64,000 bases of DNA from Gemmatimonadales bacterium (GCA_965249575.1 OZ252244.1:2496001-2560000); one strand, 5' to 3'. Shown: positions 20,836 to 32,372, counted from the first letter of the stretch. Made by a program: numbers and translations. Notes: generated from the sequence alone by a model not told the origin.

Positions 20836-21030
20836 GGGCGCTAGACACTCCCGATCCGTAGCAGGTCGTGAGGCGTTCGCTGGGCCGCTCTGCTCGGTCC
20901 GGAATGCCCGTATGAGTGCAATCAAGGGCGCTGCACCCATGGGCGCCAGTGCTGGCTCGAGCTTGACCGAATGCCAAGTGTCGCGCAACCTAGTTGTGAT
21001 AACGGTGGCATCGTCCGTGGAGGGGTCTGC

Positions 21031-22092
21031 ATGGATCAGTCGAGCTTGACCGTGTTCGTGCTGTTCAGCACGGTCGCATTGCGCCTCGCCATCGTACTCG
21101 GTGCGGTTTGGCTTTTTGTTCCGAGGCGGCGCACATGTCCTCATTGCGGCGAGACGACCGCTCGCCTGCTCGGCCCCAGGCTCGCGGCCTTTCTCAAACT
21201 CGAGCGGCGCTTCTGCCTCGAGTGCGGGTGGTCGGGCATCTCCAAGCGGGATCGGCGTTCGGCCGTCGCGGACGGCCGCCCGAGAATCCCGACCGCATCC
21301 GTCATCCTGATCGCGATCGCGGGGTCTTCCTGCGTGTCGTCTGGCGACCGAGTCCGTGCCGTGTTCGACGGCGGAGCCACGTGGGTCGACCTGAGCTACA
21401 CCTTTAGTGATGAAACGATCTACTGGCCGACGGCCCAGTCCTTCTCGCTGGAGCGCGTCGCCGCAGGCATGACCCCTGGTGGTTACTTCTACGCCGCCAA
21501 CAATTTCAGCGCCGCCGAGCACGGGGGCACCCACCTCGACGCGCCGATTCACTTCGCGGAGGGCAGGCTCACGACGGATTCGATTCCGCTCGATCGCCTC
21601 ATCGGGCCGGCGGTCGTGGTGGACGTCAGTGCGCGCGCTTCGGCCGATCCCGACTATCAGGTGACCGTTGCAGACCTCAAGGCGTTCGAGTCGGAGCGAG
21701 GCTTAATTTCGGCCGGTGCGATCCTGCTCATTCGGACGGGGTGGGGGAGCCGTTGGCCCGACCGGCAGTCATATCTCGGCACCGATCTGGCCGGTCCGGA
21801 TGCCGTGCCCCATCTCCGATTCCCCGGGCTCGCCGCCGCGGCGGCGACCTGGCTGGTGGCCAACCGCTCGATCGATGCCATCGGGATCGACACACCGAGC
21901 ATCGACCGAGGACAGTCGACCACGTTCGACAGCCATCGCATCCTCTTCGATGCGAACGTTCCGGCGTTCGAGAACGTCGCCCGCCTCGACCAGATGCCCG
22001 AGACCGGGAGCTTCGTTGTGGCACTCCCGATGAAGATTGGCGGCGGAAGCGGCGGTCCGCTGCGGATCGTAGGGGTCATTCCCGATCCCTAG
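21031..22092 (+). CDS. Cyclase/kynurenine formamidase-family protein with N-terminal TM + Zn-ribbon extension
   Basis: EHGGTHLDAPIHF, GIDTPSID, LPMKIGGGSGGPLR; CPHC...CLEC in N-terminal part. Confidence 0.8.
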   Translation: MDQSSLTVFVLFSTVALRLAIVLGAVWLFVPRRRTCPHCGETTARLLGPRLAAFLKLERRFCLECGWSGISKRDRRSAVADGRPRIPTASVILIAIAGSSCVSSGDRVRAVFDGGATWVDLSYTFSDETIYWPTAQSFSLERVAAGMTPGGYFYAANNFSAAEHGGTHLDAPIHFAEGRLTTDSIPLDRLIGPAVVVDVSARASADPDYQVTVADLKAFESERGLISAGAILLIRTGWGSRWPDRQSYLGTDLAGPDAVPHLRFPGLAAAAATWLVANRSIDAIGIDTPSIDRGQSTTFDSHRILFDANVPAFENVARLDQMPETGSFVVALPMKIGGGSGGPLRIVGVIPDP

Positions 22093-22111
22093 CACCGCGC
22101 CCTGACCCGGC

Positions 22112-22780
22112 TCACCGCCGAGCCACTGGTTCCATGCGAGCGAGCCGCCGGAGATTGCCGGCGAACCGTACGCCGAGCACGCCCAACATGCACACGATCA
22201 ACACGACGGCCGCCAAGTTGGCGAGCTGAGCCAACGCCAGCGGGGGATCGCCCGCATAGGCAGCCACGGCGATCGCGGTGTTGCACCCGATCAGGATAAT
22301 GCGCGCCTCGGTCGGCCCGAGGCACCCGTAAGCGAGTCGAAAAACTCCGAACACCGCCGACTCGAGGTAGACATTGATCGAGAGTGCCAGGTAGGAAAGC
22401 ACGAGTACCAGTGCGAGCTCGAGCTGCACATACGGCGAGAGCCCGATCCCGATGCCCACGATCGCAGTCGAGAACGCGTCAACCAGGTGGTCTAGATAGT
22501 ATCCGTAGCGCGGACGTTCCCGCGCTCGCACGCGGGCCAGGGTGCCGTCCAGGCTATCTCCAAGCCAATTGACGAGTAACATGAGACTGGCCGCCCACAG
22601 CCAGCGCGGATCAACCCCGGAGAGCGTATAGGCTCCCACGGCGCCCACTGCGCCGATCAGGCCGACAGTGGTGAGGTAATTCGAGGTTACGCAGGCAGGC
22701 AGCCTCTTCGCGACGGAGCGGAGGAGGCGCCGTTCGGGGTCGGCGAGCAGGAAAGTCATTTCTCTTTGAGGAGTCGACAT
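22112..22780 (-). CDS. CDP-alcohol phosphatidyltransferase
   Basis: DSLDGTLAR...RYGYYLDHLVD signature. Confidence 0.88.
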   Translation of the reverse strand: MSTPQREMTFLLADPERRLLRSVAKRLPACVTSNYLTTVGLIGAVGAVGAYTLSGVDPRWLWAASLMLLVNWLGDSLDGTLARVRARERPRYGYYLDHLVDAFSTAIVGIGIGLSPYVQLELALVLVLSYLALSINVYLESAVFGVFRLAYGCLGPTEARIILIGCNTAIAVAAYAGDPPLALAQLANLAAVVLIVCMLGVLGVRFAGNLRRLARMEPVARR

Positions 22781-23359
22781 AGCGAGTCTCCAAGTGTGAT
22801 AGCCGCCAGGAAGGCGCAAGCAGAAATCCTACCCAGGCGGGAACGACGATGGACACGCCGACCCATGCGAGCAGGACGTATCGTGGGAACCGTCCCGCGG
22901 CTACCGCCGCGAGGTAGCGGATCAAGGGATAGTCCGCAGCAAACGCCAGGGCCTTGACCGGCAAGAACGGGATAGGTGTGATCCGGCGAGAGCGATGAAG
23001 GCAAAGGGCGCGCGTGCGAAGTGCGCGCGGGTGGCCGCGAGCATACCGCGTCCCCCGACCTGATGACCGGCGATTCGCCGGATCAACCGCCGAAAGAGCC
23101 GATAGTCCAACCACGAAGCGGCAAGGGTCCCCGCGGTGGCCCAGCACGCGGTTCGCAGAACGCCCAAACGACTGCCGTACCACGCGACGACCGGCTCATG
23201 GGGCACGAGCGCCACGGCCACGTTCGCGATCAACGCCCAGGCGAACAGACTGAAGCACATGGAGCAACTGTACGCAGGAGGAGTCAAGCCAGAATCAAGA
23301 GCGTGTAGAACACCCCGTACGGGTCGGCGTAGGAGAGAGCATTGGGATCTCCGCATCAT
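22756..23359 (-). pseudogene. DedA/VTT-family membrane protein, frameshifted
   Basis: VPHEP and TPIPF...GRFPRY motifs lie in different frames (shifts near 22980 and 22820). Confidence 0.65.
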
Positions 23360-23434
23360 CGCGTGCCTCTATCCCCCGAAGCACCCCCGCTCTAGCTTTC
23401 GATGGATGGCAGGTCTTCATTCAGGGGCAGTCAG

Positions 23435-24766
23435 GTGAGCCGCATACTCCTCCTTACAATCGCGGCGGCCGTGCTCACGCGAGCAGGGTCGGCCGCGGCA
23501 CAGGACGGCCAGGTATACCGTATCTCGGTGACCGGTGTCATCGAGCTCGGGCTCGCTCCGTATGTGGGACGCGTGCTTGCAGACGCGGACGCAGCGGGGG
23601 CCCAGGCCGTCGTGCTGGACCTCGATACGCCCGGTGGGCGGGTCGACGCGGCCCAACAGATCGTCAAGTCGGTGGTTGCGGCGGAGGTTCCGGTGTACGC
23701 GTTCGTCAATCCCCACGCGTGGAGCGCCGGGGCGCTCATCGCGCTCGCGGCGGACTCGATCTTCATGGCGCCCGGATCGTCGATCGGAGCTGCAACGCCG
23801 GTCACCGGTGCGGGCGAGAAGGCCCCAGAAAAAATCGTCAGCGCGATGCGCAGCGAGTTCCGGGCGCTCGCGGAACGTCGGGGCCTCGATCCGCGAGTGG
23901 CCGAAGCCATGGTCGACGAAGATGTGGAGATCGAAGACGTCGTCGAGGCGGGGAAGCTGCTCACGCTCACCGCCGCTGAAGCCGAGGACGTCGGCGTATC
24001 GGAGGGGGAGATCGCGAGCCTCGACGCTCTCCTGGCGCGAGTTGGGCTCGAGGGCGCGGACGTCGAGAGCCCCGGGATCAACTGGGCGGAACAGCTCGTC
24101 CGATTCCTCTCGCACCCGGTTGTATCGCCGCTGCTCCTATCGGTGGGGATGCTCGGGTTGCTCATCGAGATCAAGAGCCCTTCGTTCGGTATCGCGGGCA
24201 TTACGGGGGCGCTCGCGCTCGCGGCTTTCTTCGGGAGCCACTTGATCATTGGCCTGGCGGGCTGGGAGGAACTCATCCTCCTGGCGGCGGGCCTGGTCGC
24301 GTTGGGGATAGAGGTGTTCGTGGTGCCGGGCTTTGGGGTCGCCGGAGTCCTGAGCATTCTCTTGATCGGATCCGCGGTTTTCCTGGCGCTGCTCGGAAGC
24401 CTCCCGACGTGGGCTGACGTCGCCCGGGCAAGCGGTGTCGTCTCGATTGCGCTCGGACTGGTCATCGCCGGCGTATATCTGTTGGTGCGGGAGCTGCCGG
24501 CTCGTCAGCGGTGGAGGGGTGTATTCCTTCGGGCAGCGACGGACCGGACCAGGGGGTACATATCGGCGCCGGTGCGGTCTGAACTCGTGGGGTCTAGCGG
24601 CGTCGCCGCCACGGACCTGAGGCCATCGGGAGTCGCGGTCGTCAACGGCGAGCGGATCGACGTCGTATCGGAGACCGGTTTTGTGGCAAAGGGAACGCTG
24701 GTGAAGGTTACCGCGGCGGAGTCGTATCGGCATGTGGTCACCCCCTTGGAGCCGACCCCGACGTAA
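23435..24766 (+). CDS. nfeD: NfeD-family membrane serine protease
   Basis: LDTPGGRVD, AWSAGALI, LLTLT, TM region, C-terminal TDLRPSG OB fold. Confidence 0.9.
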   Translation: MSRILLLTIAAAVLTRAGSAAAQDGQVYRISVTGVIELGLAPYVGRVLADADAAGAQAVVLDLDTPGGRVDAAQQIVKSVVAAEVPVYAFVNPHAWSAGALIALAADSIFMAPGSSIGAATPVTGAGEKAPEKIVSAMRSEFRALAERRGLDPRVAEAMVDEDVEIEDVVEAGKLLTLTAAEAEDVGVSEGEIASLDALLARVGLEGADVESPGINWAEQLVRFLSHPVVSPLLLSVGMLGLLIEIKSPSFGIAGITGALALAAFFGSHLIIGLAGWEELILLAAGLVALGIEVFVVPGFGVAGVLSILLIGSAVFLALLGSLPTWADVARASGVVSIALGLVIAGVYLLVRELPARQRWRGVFLRAATDRTRGYISAPVRSELVGSSGVAATDLRPSGVAVVNGERIDVVSETGFVAKGTLVKVTAAESYRHVVTPLEPTPT

Positions 24767-24805
24767 CGTCCGTCCCGACCGCGCAACCACAGCTTTGGAG
24801 TCATC

Positions 24806-25798
24806 ATGTTTGAACTGTTCCAGCTTGCGCCTTGGCTGTTTCCAATTCTGCTGTTCATCTTTGCGATCGTCGTCGGCGGGCTGCTCAGCTTCATCCCGGT
24901 TCGGCTTTGGATCGAGGCGCTCGCAGCCGGCGTGCGCATTGGGCTCGGCACGCTCGTCGGGATGCGCCTCAGGAAAGTGAACCCTGCGGCCGTCGTCCGC
25001 CCTCTGATCAACGCGACCAAGGCGGGCCTAGTCCTCAACATCGACATGCTCGAAGCGCATTACTTGGCGGGCGGGAACGTGGACCGGGTTGTGCGGGCGT
25101 TGATCTCGGCCGACAAGGCGGGGATCGAGCTGCAGTTCAACCGCGCAACGGCCATCGATCTTGCAGGGCGCGATGTGCTCGAGGCGGTGCAGGTATCGGT
25201 CAATCCCAAAGTGATCCAAACGCCTCGCGTCGCCGCGATGGCCAAGGACGGCATTCAACTCATAGCGATCGCTCGCGTCACCGTCCGGGCCAACATCCAC
25301 AGACTGGTTGGTGGGGCGGGAGAGGAGACCATTCTCGCGCGCGTCGGTGAAGGAATCGTTTCTACCATCGGGTCGGCATCGTCACACAAGGCGGTTCTCG
25401 AAAACCCTGATAACATCTCCAAGACCGTGTTGGCCAAAGGGCTAGACAGTGGTACGGCGTTCGAGATCCTCTCCATCGATATCGCCGACGTGGACGTCGG
25501 CAAGAACATTGGCGCGGAGCTCCAGACCGATCAGGCCGAGGCGGACAAGAGGATCGCGCAGGCCAAGGCGGAGGAACGGCGTGCGATGGCAGTAGCGCTC
25601 GAGCAGGAGATGAAGGCCCGCACCCAGGAAATGCAGGCGAAAGTCGTCGAGGCGGAGGCCGCCGTACCCCTTGCCATGGCGGAGGCGTTCCGCAGCGGCA
25701 ATATCGGCGTCATGGACTTCCAGCGGTACCGTAATATCGAGAGTGATACCGAAATGCGCCGCAGCATCGCGAAGGGAGACGGCCCGTCTGAGGCCTGA
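24806..25798 (+). CDS. floA: Flotillin-like protein FloA (YqfA)
   Basis: [50 protein letters not shown]. Confidence 0.93.
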   Translation: MFELFQLAPWLFPILLFIFAIVVGGLLSFIPVRLWIEALAAGVRIGLGTLVGMRLRKVNPAAVVRPLINATKAGLVLNIDMLEAHYLAGGNVDRVVRALISADKAGIELQFNRATAIDLAGRDVLEAVQVSVNPKVIQTPRVAAMAKDGIQLIAIARVTVRANIHRLVGGAGEETILARVGEGIVSTIGSASSHKAVLENPDNISKTVLAKGLDSGTAFEILSIDIADVDVGKNIGAELQTDQAEADKRIAQAKAEERRAMAVALEQEMKARTQEMQAKVVEAEAAVPLAMAEAFRSGNIGVMDFQRYRNIESDTEMRRSIAKGDGPSEA

Positions 25799-25803
25799 GG
25801 CCG

Positions 25804-26343
25804 ATGGACAATCTCTTTGAGCTCTTCATCGGCGGCCTCGTGCTGTTGTTCTGGCTGTTCGGAGGGAAGCGGCGGTCGTCGAACGCAAAAAAACCGGCGC
25901 CGCCCCGCCGGGTCCCATCACGGTCGGCTCCGACAGCGACAGTTGAGTCACGGGAGCCGGCTCGCTTTCCCCAAGAGCCGGTCGCCACGTCCGCACCGAC
26001 AGCCCGCCTGCCCGACGCAGAGAAGCTTCAGGAGCTGGGCGAGTTGCTCGGGCTCGACTGGGCCGGCCAGGTCGAGCGGGTCGAGGACGCGGCGACAGCC
26101 GGTGAGCCTCCGTCGCCACCATCTCCTGAGGCCCGTGGGGACGCCAGTCCGGCGCCGAGGACCTCGGGGCGCCCGCCCCCGCCCCCACCCCGCCCCGCCC
26201 CCGCCCGGGTCGACACCCCGCCACCCGAGGTTACCCGCGCGCCGTTTTCCAGCGCGTTGCGGACCCCCCTGACCCCGCGTTCCATGCAGGAGGCGGTCAT
26301 CTTGCGAGAGATTCTCGGCCCACCCAAGGCGCTCGAGCCCTAG
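25804..26343 (+). CDS. YqfB-like Pro-rich protein of nfeD-floA operon
   Basis: N-terminal TM; C-terminal AVILREILGPPKAL. Confidence 0.75.
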   Translation: MDNLFELFIGGLVLLFWLFGGKRRSSNAKKPAPPRRVPSRSAPTATVESREPARFPQEPVATSAPTARLPDAEKLQELGELLGLDWAGQVERVEDAATAGEPPSPPSPEARGDASPAPRTSGRPPPPPPRPAPARVDTPPPEVTRAPFSSALRTPLTPRSMQEAVILREILGPPKALEP

Positions 26344-26521
26344 ACGGCGCATTACAGGGACGGTCGCGGCGAGTCCCTCAAGCGACCCCAGTCACCGGTC
26401 GATAACTGAAACAAGAAACCTGAGCACCGAGCGCGTGCGGGCGATGGCTCGTCGACCTTGGCGGTAGTCACGGCCGGCGGCCCGGTCCGTTCACCGTGAC
26501 GGGCACTCTGGGAGGCCGGCC

Positions 26522-27447
26522 ATGGCGAGAGTACGAGTAGATGCGTTGCAAGAGGGCATGGAGCTGGCGTCAGACGTCTTGTCCAATACCGGGCAGGTGC
26601 TCGTCCGATCGGGCACGGAGCTTTCCGAACGCGAGATCCGGTTGTTCAACATGTGGGGAATCTCCGACATCGAGATCGAAGGCGATGAGGGCGAGCTTGC
26701 GGAGTCGGTGGCGGCGCTCGACCCCGCACTCCTCGCCAAGTACGAACCCGAGGCAAAGAGCTTGTTCCGCCACGCGAAGATCGACCACCCGTTCATGGCT
26801 CCTCTCTTCCGAGAATGCGTCGCGGGTCTCGCGCGAGAACATGCGTCTCAAGGTGCGGCTCCAGCCGCGAACGGGAATCCAACGAAGGGTACCTCGTCGA
26901 ATCCCCCGCCCTCCAAGTCCATTGCCGAGCTGCTCAGCGACTCGACGGCCACCGCGTCGCTCCCGTCGATCTACATCCGCCTCACCGAGGTCATGAACGA
27001 TCCGCGTAGCGCGACCGCCGATTTCGGCGCCGTGGTGAGTGACGACCCTGGCCTCACCGCTCGCTTGCTCCGTCTCGTCAACTCCGCCTTCTACGGCTTT
27101 CCGTCGAAGATCGAATCGGTCACGCAGGCCCTCTCAGTCGTCGGGACGAGCCAGCTCAACGACCTGGCGCTCGCCACGTCGGTGCTTCGGGTGTTCAAGG
27201 GTGTCCCTAAAGAGTTCGTCGACATGGACTCGTTTTGGCGGCACAGCCTGGCGTGCGGGGTGTGTGCTCGCGTTCTCGCGGCCCAGCGCCGGGAATCCAA
27301 CGTCGAACGGCTGTTCGTCGCCGGCCTACTCCATGATCTCGGTCGCCTAATCCTGTATCAGCGGCATGGAGAGGCTGCGGCCACTGCGTTCCACCGGAGC
27401 ACCAGTACGATGCTGGCGTGCAAGCCATGCTGCAGGCCGGGGAATGA
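26522..27447 (+). pseudogene. HDOD-domain protein with internal deletion
   Basis: [31 protein letters not shown] present; distal HDOD part missing; probable native C-terminus [14 protein letters not shown] lies in another frame ending 27447. Confidence 0.65.
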
Positions 27448-29115
27448 CGGCACCACCCGTCGTGGTGCAGCAACCAGCGGAGAGGATTTGCGTTGGAACT
27501 CGCCGGCTGAACTGAACCGCTGGCTGCTGGACTGCCTGGATGCCGTCGCCGGGCTGTCTCGCAGCCACGGCGACCTGACTCGGGAGCCCGACCCCGCCAT
27601 GATTTGCGCGGCGGTCACGCCTGCGCTCAGGCAGTTCGCGAGCTTCCGAGTTCTCGGGTTCTGGACCGTGGATGACCAATCTCACGAATTCGAGGCGGCG
27701 TACCTCGAGGCCCCCGGAAAAGAACATCGGCTCCTAGAGGAGCTGGACGCGCAGGTTGACAAGGGGACGTTCGGGTGGGCGCTCAAACAGAATCGTCCAC
27801 TCATTGTTCCGGCAGGGACGTTCGGCAAGCGGGTCATGATGCACGTGCTGGCCACGCAATCCCGCGTGCTGGGGATGTTCCTCGGCGTGCTGGGTACCAG
27901 TCAGCACCACGTTCCGGAGGCATCGCAGAAGCTCATATCCATCGTGCTCTTCAACTGCGCCAGCATGTTGGAGAGCACGATGCTCTATCGGTCCCTGAAC
28001 GAATACACGGCCAACCTGGAAGACTTGGTCCGCGAACGGACTCGAGATCTGGAGAGCGCGAAGGAAGAGGCGCAGGCGGCCAATCAGGTCAAGAGCCAAT
28101 TCCTGGCGATGATGAGTCACGAGATACGCACGCCGTTGAACGGTGTGATCGGCATGACGAATCTGCTACTGGATACCGGACTCGACGACCGGCAGCGTGA
28201 ATGCGCGCAGACGATCCGGTCGTCTGGCGACGCCTTGCTCAACATCATCTCCGATATTCTGGATTTCTCGAAGATCGAGGCGAAGAAGTTGGAGCTCGAG
28301 CGCATCGATTTCGCGCTGCGGGACACGTTCGAGGACGCGTTGGACCTACTGGCGACCCGTGCAGCCGAAAAAGGGGTCGAGCTCTCTCTGCTCCAATTCG
28401 GAGATCTTCCCGCTGTCGTGGCGGGAGATCCGGGACGCCTGCGCCAAATCCTCCTCAACCTGATCGGCAATGCCCTCAAGTTCACGGAGCGCGGGGGGGG
28501 TAACGGTGAAGCTCCGAGTCGCGGAAGAAATCGGGGAAGAGATCCAGCTGCGCGTCGAGGTTCAAGACACCGGGGTGGGAATGCCCCCCGAGGTCCAGCG
28601 GCGGCTCTTCACGCCATTTACCCAGGCCGATAGCTCGACGACCAGGCAGTACGGCGGCACGGGGTTGGGGCTGGCCATCAGCAAGCGCCTCGCGGAAATG
28701 ATGGGGGGTGAGATCGGCGTCGACAGCCAAGTGGGGATTGGTAGCACGTTTTGGTTCACCGTACAACCCGGTGAATCAGCGTGTTGCCGTGTGGATGCTG
28801 GAAAAGAACGCCTGTGCCGTTGACGTAGCGAGCAACGGAAAGGAGGCGGTGGAGGCCTTCGGGTCGGCGAGGTACGATCTGGTCTTCATGGACTGTCAGA
28901 TGCCCGAGATGGACGGCTATGAAGCAACTGCGGCCATCCGGCGTTTGGAACAGGGCCGTAGCCCCACGCCCATCGTCGCCATGACCGCGAGCGCCATGTC
29001 GGGCGATCGTGAGAAGTGCCTCGAGGCCGGGATGGATGATTACATGTCGAAGCCCGCGAAGGCGGAGGAGGTCGCCGCGATGATCGAGAAGTGGGCGGGT
29101 GCGCGGGCCGGGTAG
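27444..29115 (+). pseudogene. Hybrid sensor histidine kinase/response regulator, frameshifted and deleted
   Basis: [45 protein letters not shown] spread over three frames; G8 run at 28493-28500; receiver N-terminus missing near 28765. Confidence 0.75.
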
Positions 29116-29279
29116 CCGGCGGTTTGGCCAATCCCGCGTCGGACGTGAGCGAGCCGTCATTGCGGACGGATTCTGGCGGGCTTCTTTCGGCTCATCGGCC
29201 AAGGACTCGCGGCGACGGCCCTGACGTTCGTTCTCCGCGGATGACTCACGAATGCCCTCGTCCGGTGTGCCCGAGCCCT

Positions 29280-29400
29280 CGAGCGACCTTGGATCGGTGA
29301 GATTCGGCCCGTAGCGGTCCCCTCACCCGGAGGGCCGTGGCAGTTTGCACAGGTTGCCTCGCGAAACACCTACACGCCGCAGGCGATCAACGAGTCGCTC
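29280..29400 (-). pseudogene. Cytochrome c remnant
   Basis: CANCHG heme motif and GPNLTD in shifted frame, in-frame TAG upstream. Confidence 0.55.
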
Positions 29401-29671
29401 TGTCCGAGGGCCGCTCGACAGTCTGGGCGTCGGCCCCTGATAGACGGCACAGCAGGATGATGAGTGCCGCTAGGTGCGCAGTGCAGGCAGCCACGGAGAG
29501 TTTCGGCTGGTGGGACCTAATGGTTCCAGGCGAGCGTCGCAGGCCGTGTGAGTCGACAGCGGATTCGAAGGATCAAACCGCGGCACTCATCTTGCGGGCA
29601 GAGCTGGTAGCGACTCAAAAACCGGCAATTGGCAGCGGCTCGATGCGCTCGACGCCGCCGAAAGGCAAGAA

Positions 29672-29869
29672 ATGACTAAACCAGCGGTCGAGCGCCGAAA
29701 GGCCAAACGCCGAAAGGGTCCCCGCCGGAATCCGAAGGACCGCCGGGCCACCGAGCGTCGGGTCAAGGACGAGCCGGTCGCGATCGACCGGCGAAGCGGC
29801 CAACGGCGTCAGAAAGCCACACGAGCCGGCCGCGACCGGAGGCTCAGCGACGACCGCCGGAAGAGCTAG
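29672..29869 (+). CDS. Small Arg-rich protein with ERR/DRR repeats
   Basis: 65 aa with ERRK, DRR, ERR, DRRSG, DRRK repeats. Confidence 0.55.
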   Translation: MTKPAVERRKAKRRKGPRRNPKDRRATERRVKDEPVAIDRRSGQRRQKATRAGRDRRLSDDRRKS

Positions 29870-30000
29870 ACCACTCCATTCGGTGTCCCGCAACATCTCC
29901 CCACTCACGGCTGCGGCTCAGGTAAAAGGGCTGCAGCCGCCTTCCTTCTTGTGACTTTGTAGATTTGCGCCGTGGGGTCAGTCCAAACGCTCGGCAGACA

Positions 30001-31449
30001 TCAACGCGTAACGTGTTTCAACCTTGCGCCTGCTTTGAGCGCGGTTGTGGGCTCCACCTGGTTGATGAGGGCGAGGTCAACGAGCGGAAGGTCGGAAGGG
30101 TAGCGGCGTACGAACTCTCGAAAAAGCATACCTCGGTCAAGCGTTTCAATTCGGATTCGGTACGGTTGAACGCCGAGCGCCGCGCGGTCGGTCAGACGGT
30201 CAAAGCTCTCCATCGAGCGGATTGCGTCGGAGCGGTGGCGAGACCAGCCGGACGTCGTGCCGTATCCCAATAGTTGGTACGTATTGTTACCGAGGCCGAC
30301 GAAGGCGACAGTACCGACGAGGGTCCCTTGTTCCGTCACGGCCTGGAACCCGGCGGTGACGGCCGGCAGTCGATTGATTTGCGTTCGCCTGGGCTGGTCA
30401 CCGGTCACACCTTGCTGCGCGAAGAAGGCGCCCGCCGCGTCCTCCGGTGTGGACTCTTGTGCGATGGTCAGCTGAACCATTGCATCCTGGTCGGGGCTTG
30501 CCGCGAGGACTGCCTGTCGCTGATTCGCTGTCTGCCACCCACTGGGAAACTGAATCTCGAATCGCAGTTCCGGGTGCAGGAAACGCGCCTCCTCGAAGAA
30601 CCCCTGCCGCGGGTCCTCGCCGTACACCATCCCGTCGAGTCGCGACAGATAGGACGCCTCTCCTGTGACGCGACCTGCGAAGTCGTCGCGGAGCCCCGCG
30701 ATCGCCTCTTCGATTCGTTCGGCCCGGCCCGCGGGGTTGGGATGGGTGGACAGCCACTCGGGGACCCGCCCTCCCCCCTTCCCCTGGCTCACCCGGTCGA
30801 GCAATCGAAACACGTCGACCATGGGCCGCGGATCGTACTCGAGCCGTCGTACGTATCGAAGGCCAAGATCGTCCGCCTGGCGCTCGTCGTCCCGACCAAA
30901 CTTCAAGAACAACAGCTGCATACTCGCGCCGGCGAGACCTCCGAACCGCTGAAACTGCTCCGGAGCCAGAATGGCACCTGCCACGAGCCCGACTTGGGCG
31001 AGCTGCGCTCTGCTCATCTGTTCGACTGAATGTCGTGCTGTCACGTGACCGATTTCGTGTCCGACCACCGCTGCCAGTTGCGCCTCGGAGTTGAAGTGCG
31101 CCATGATGCCGCGAGTGATGTAGATGAACCCTCCCGGTACGGCAAACGCGTTGACGACCGGATCGTCGACAACGCGGAAGGTCCATGGAAGGCTGGGCCG
31201 CTCCGAGACTGCGGCCATTCGGGCCCCCAGGGACTGGAGATAGGCCTGGAGGGAGGGGTCGTCATAAAGGCCAAGCGACGCGACGATGCCGCCGTCGGCC
31301 TCGAGACCCATCTGGATCTCCTGTCCCTCGCCGATCAACACGAGTTGGCGCTCGCCGGTCGCCGGATTCGTGGCACAGCTAGCAAACAAGACAACGCTTG
31401 TGACGGAAAGGGACCGCAGGGCTGGTCGAATGTGCACTCGGTGGATCAT
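30001..31449 (-). CDS. M48-family metalloprotease lipoprotein
   Basis: ASCATNPATG lipobox, NAFAVPGG, HEIGH, STHP. Confidence 0.9.
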   Translation of the reverse strand: MIHRVHIRPALRSLSVTSVVLFASCATNPATGERQLVLIGEGQEIQMGLEADGGIVASLGLYDDPSLQAYLQSLGARMAAVSERPSLPWTFRVVDDPVVNAFAVPGGFIYITRGIMAHFNSEAQLAAVVGHEIGHVTARHSVEQMSRAQLAQVGLVAGAILAPEQFQRFGGLAGASMQLLFLKFGRDDERQADDLGLRYVRRLEYDPRPMVDVFRLLDRVSQGKGGGRVPEWLSTHPNPAGRAERIEEAIAGLRDDFAGRVTGEASYLSRLDGMVYGEDPRQGFFEEARFLHPELRFEIQFPSGWQTANQRQAVLAASPDQDAMVQLTIAQESTPEDAAGAFFAQQGVTGDQPRRTQINRLPAVTAGFQAVTEQGTLVGTVAFVGLGNNTYQLLGYGTTSGWSRHRSDAIRSMESFDRLTDRAALGVQPYRIRIETLDRGMLFREFVRRYPSDLPLVDLALINQVEPTTALKAGARLKHVTR

Positions 31450-31778
31450 GAGACACCCATTACCGGTTTCGTGATGGTGCACCCGAACGCACGAAGTATA
31501 CCGCGAAATCCGAGGACGTCGTACGCGACGGCGCAGCGATTGGGTCCTCTCACTGACGGGTCACGCCGCCAACCTGCCTCCGCCGCGTTTCAAGCTTCGT
31601 AGCTGACGGCCGATCGGCAATCCGTTCTGAACCCTGACTTGCCGAAATGAAACGCGGCCATGTTTCGTTTGTGGTCAAAACAGCCGGAACTCACTGCAAA
31701 AAGGGGGGGTGCGGTTGGCATGGTGGTTGCTTTTCATACCGGACGTCAATCGCATCTACTCCTCTTTCGGAGGTACCC

Positions 31779-32372
31779 GTGTCTGCTATTCTCGAGATGC
31801 TGTCGAACCAGATCGGTGCTGACGGCGTCCGGAAAATCGGCCAGTCCATTGGAGCGGACGAAGCCAGTACCGGCAAGGCCGTCGGTGCGGCTCTGCCGCT
31901 GCTGCTGGGCGCGCTTGCGCGAAACTCCCAATCGCCCGAGGGCGCGCAAGCCCTGCACGGGGCGGTGAGCCGCGATCACGATGGTGGGATTCTCGACAAT
32001 GTCACGCAGTTCCTCGGCAGCGGTGATGGCGGCGCCGGCAACGGCATTCTCGGTCACGTACTCGGCAATCGCCGTCAGGCCGTCGAGCAGGGCGTGGGCA
32101 AGGCGAGCGGACTGGATGCATCGGCCGTCAGCCGGCTGCTTCCGATGCTCGCGCCCCTCGTCATGGGTGCGGTTGGCCGCTCGCAGCGGCAGGCCAACGC
32201 CGATCCTGGCGCCCTCGCCGGGCTCCTCGACACCGAGCGCAGCCAGGTCGAGAGCCAGATGCCGGCACTCGGCGGCCTCGCGCGGCTGTTGGATTCCGAT
32301 GGCGACGGCCAGGTCGGAGATGACCTGGCAAATCTCGGCAAGCGCATTCTCGGCGGTTTCCTGCGCCGATAG
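31779..32372 (+). CDS. DUF937-family protein
   Basis: HDGGILD, GNGILGHVLG, LLDSDGDG motifs. Confidence 0.8.
   Translation: MSAILEMLSNQIGADGVRKIGQSIGADEASTGKAVGAALPLLLGALARNSQSPEGAQALHGAVSRDHDGGILDNVTQFLGSGDGGAGNGILGHVLGNRRQAVEQGVGKASGLDASAVSRLLPMLAPLVMGAVGRSQRQANADPGALAGLLDTERSQVESQMPALGGLARLLDSDGDGQVGDDLANLGKRILGGFLRR

Noticed and set aside
20836..21552. N-terminal extension making a 364-aa GroES
   Set aside because: The extension is the antisense of the cyclase gene; GroES homology starts at 20835.
26160..26230. C-rich low-complexity tract
   Set aside because: Encodes the Pro-rich linker of the YqfB-like protein.
26522..28633. Novel HDOD-histidine kinase fusion protein
   Set aside because: The junction contains the HDOD stop and kinase ATG in other frames; better explained as two damaged genes.
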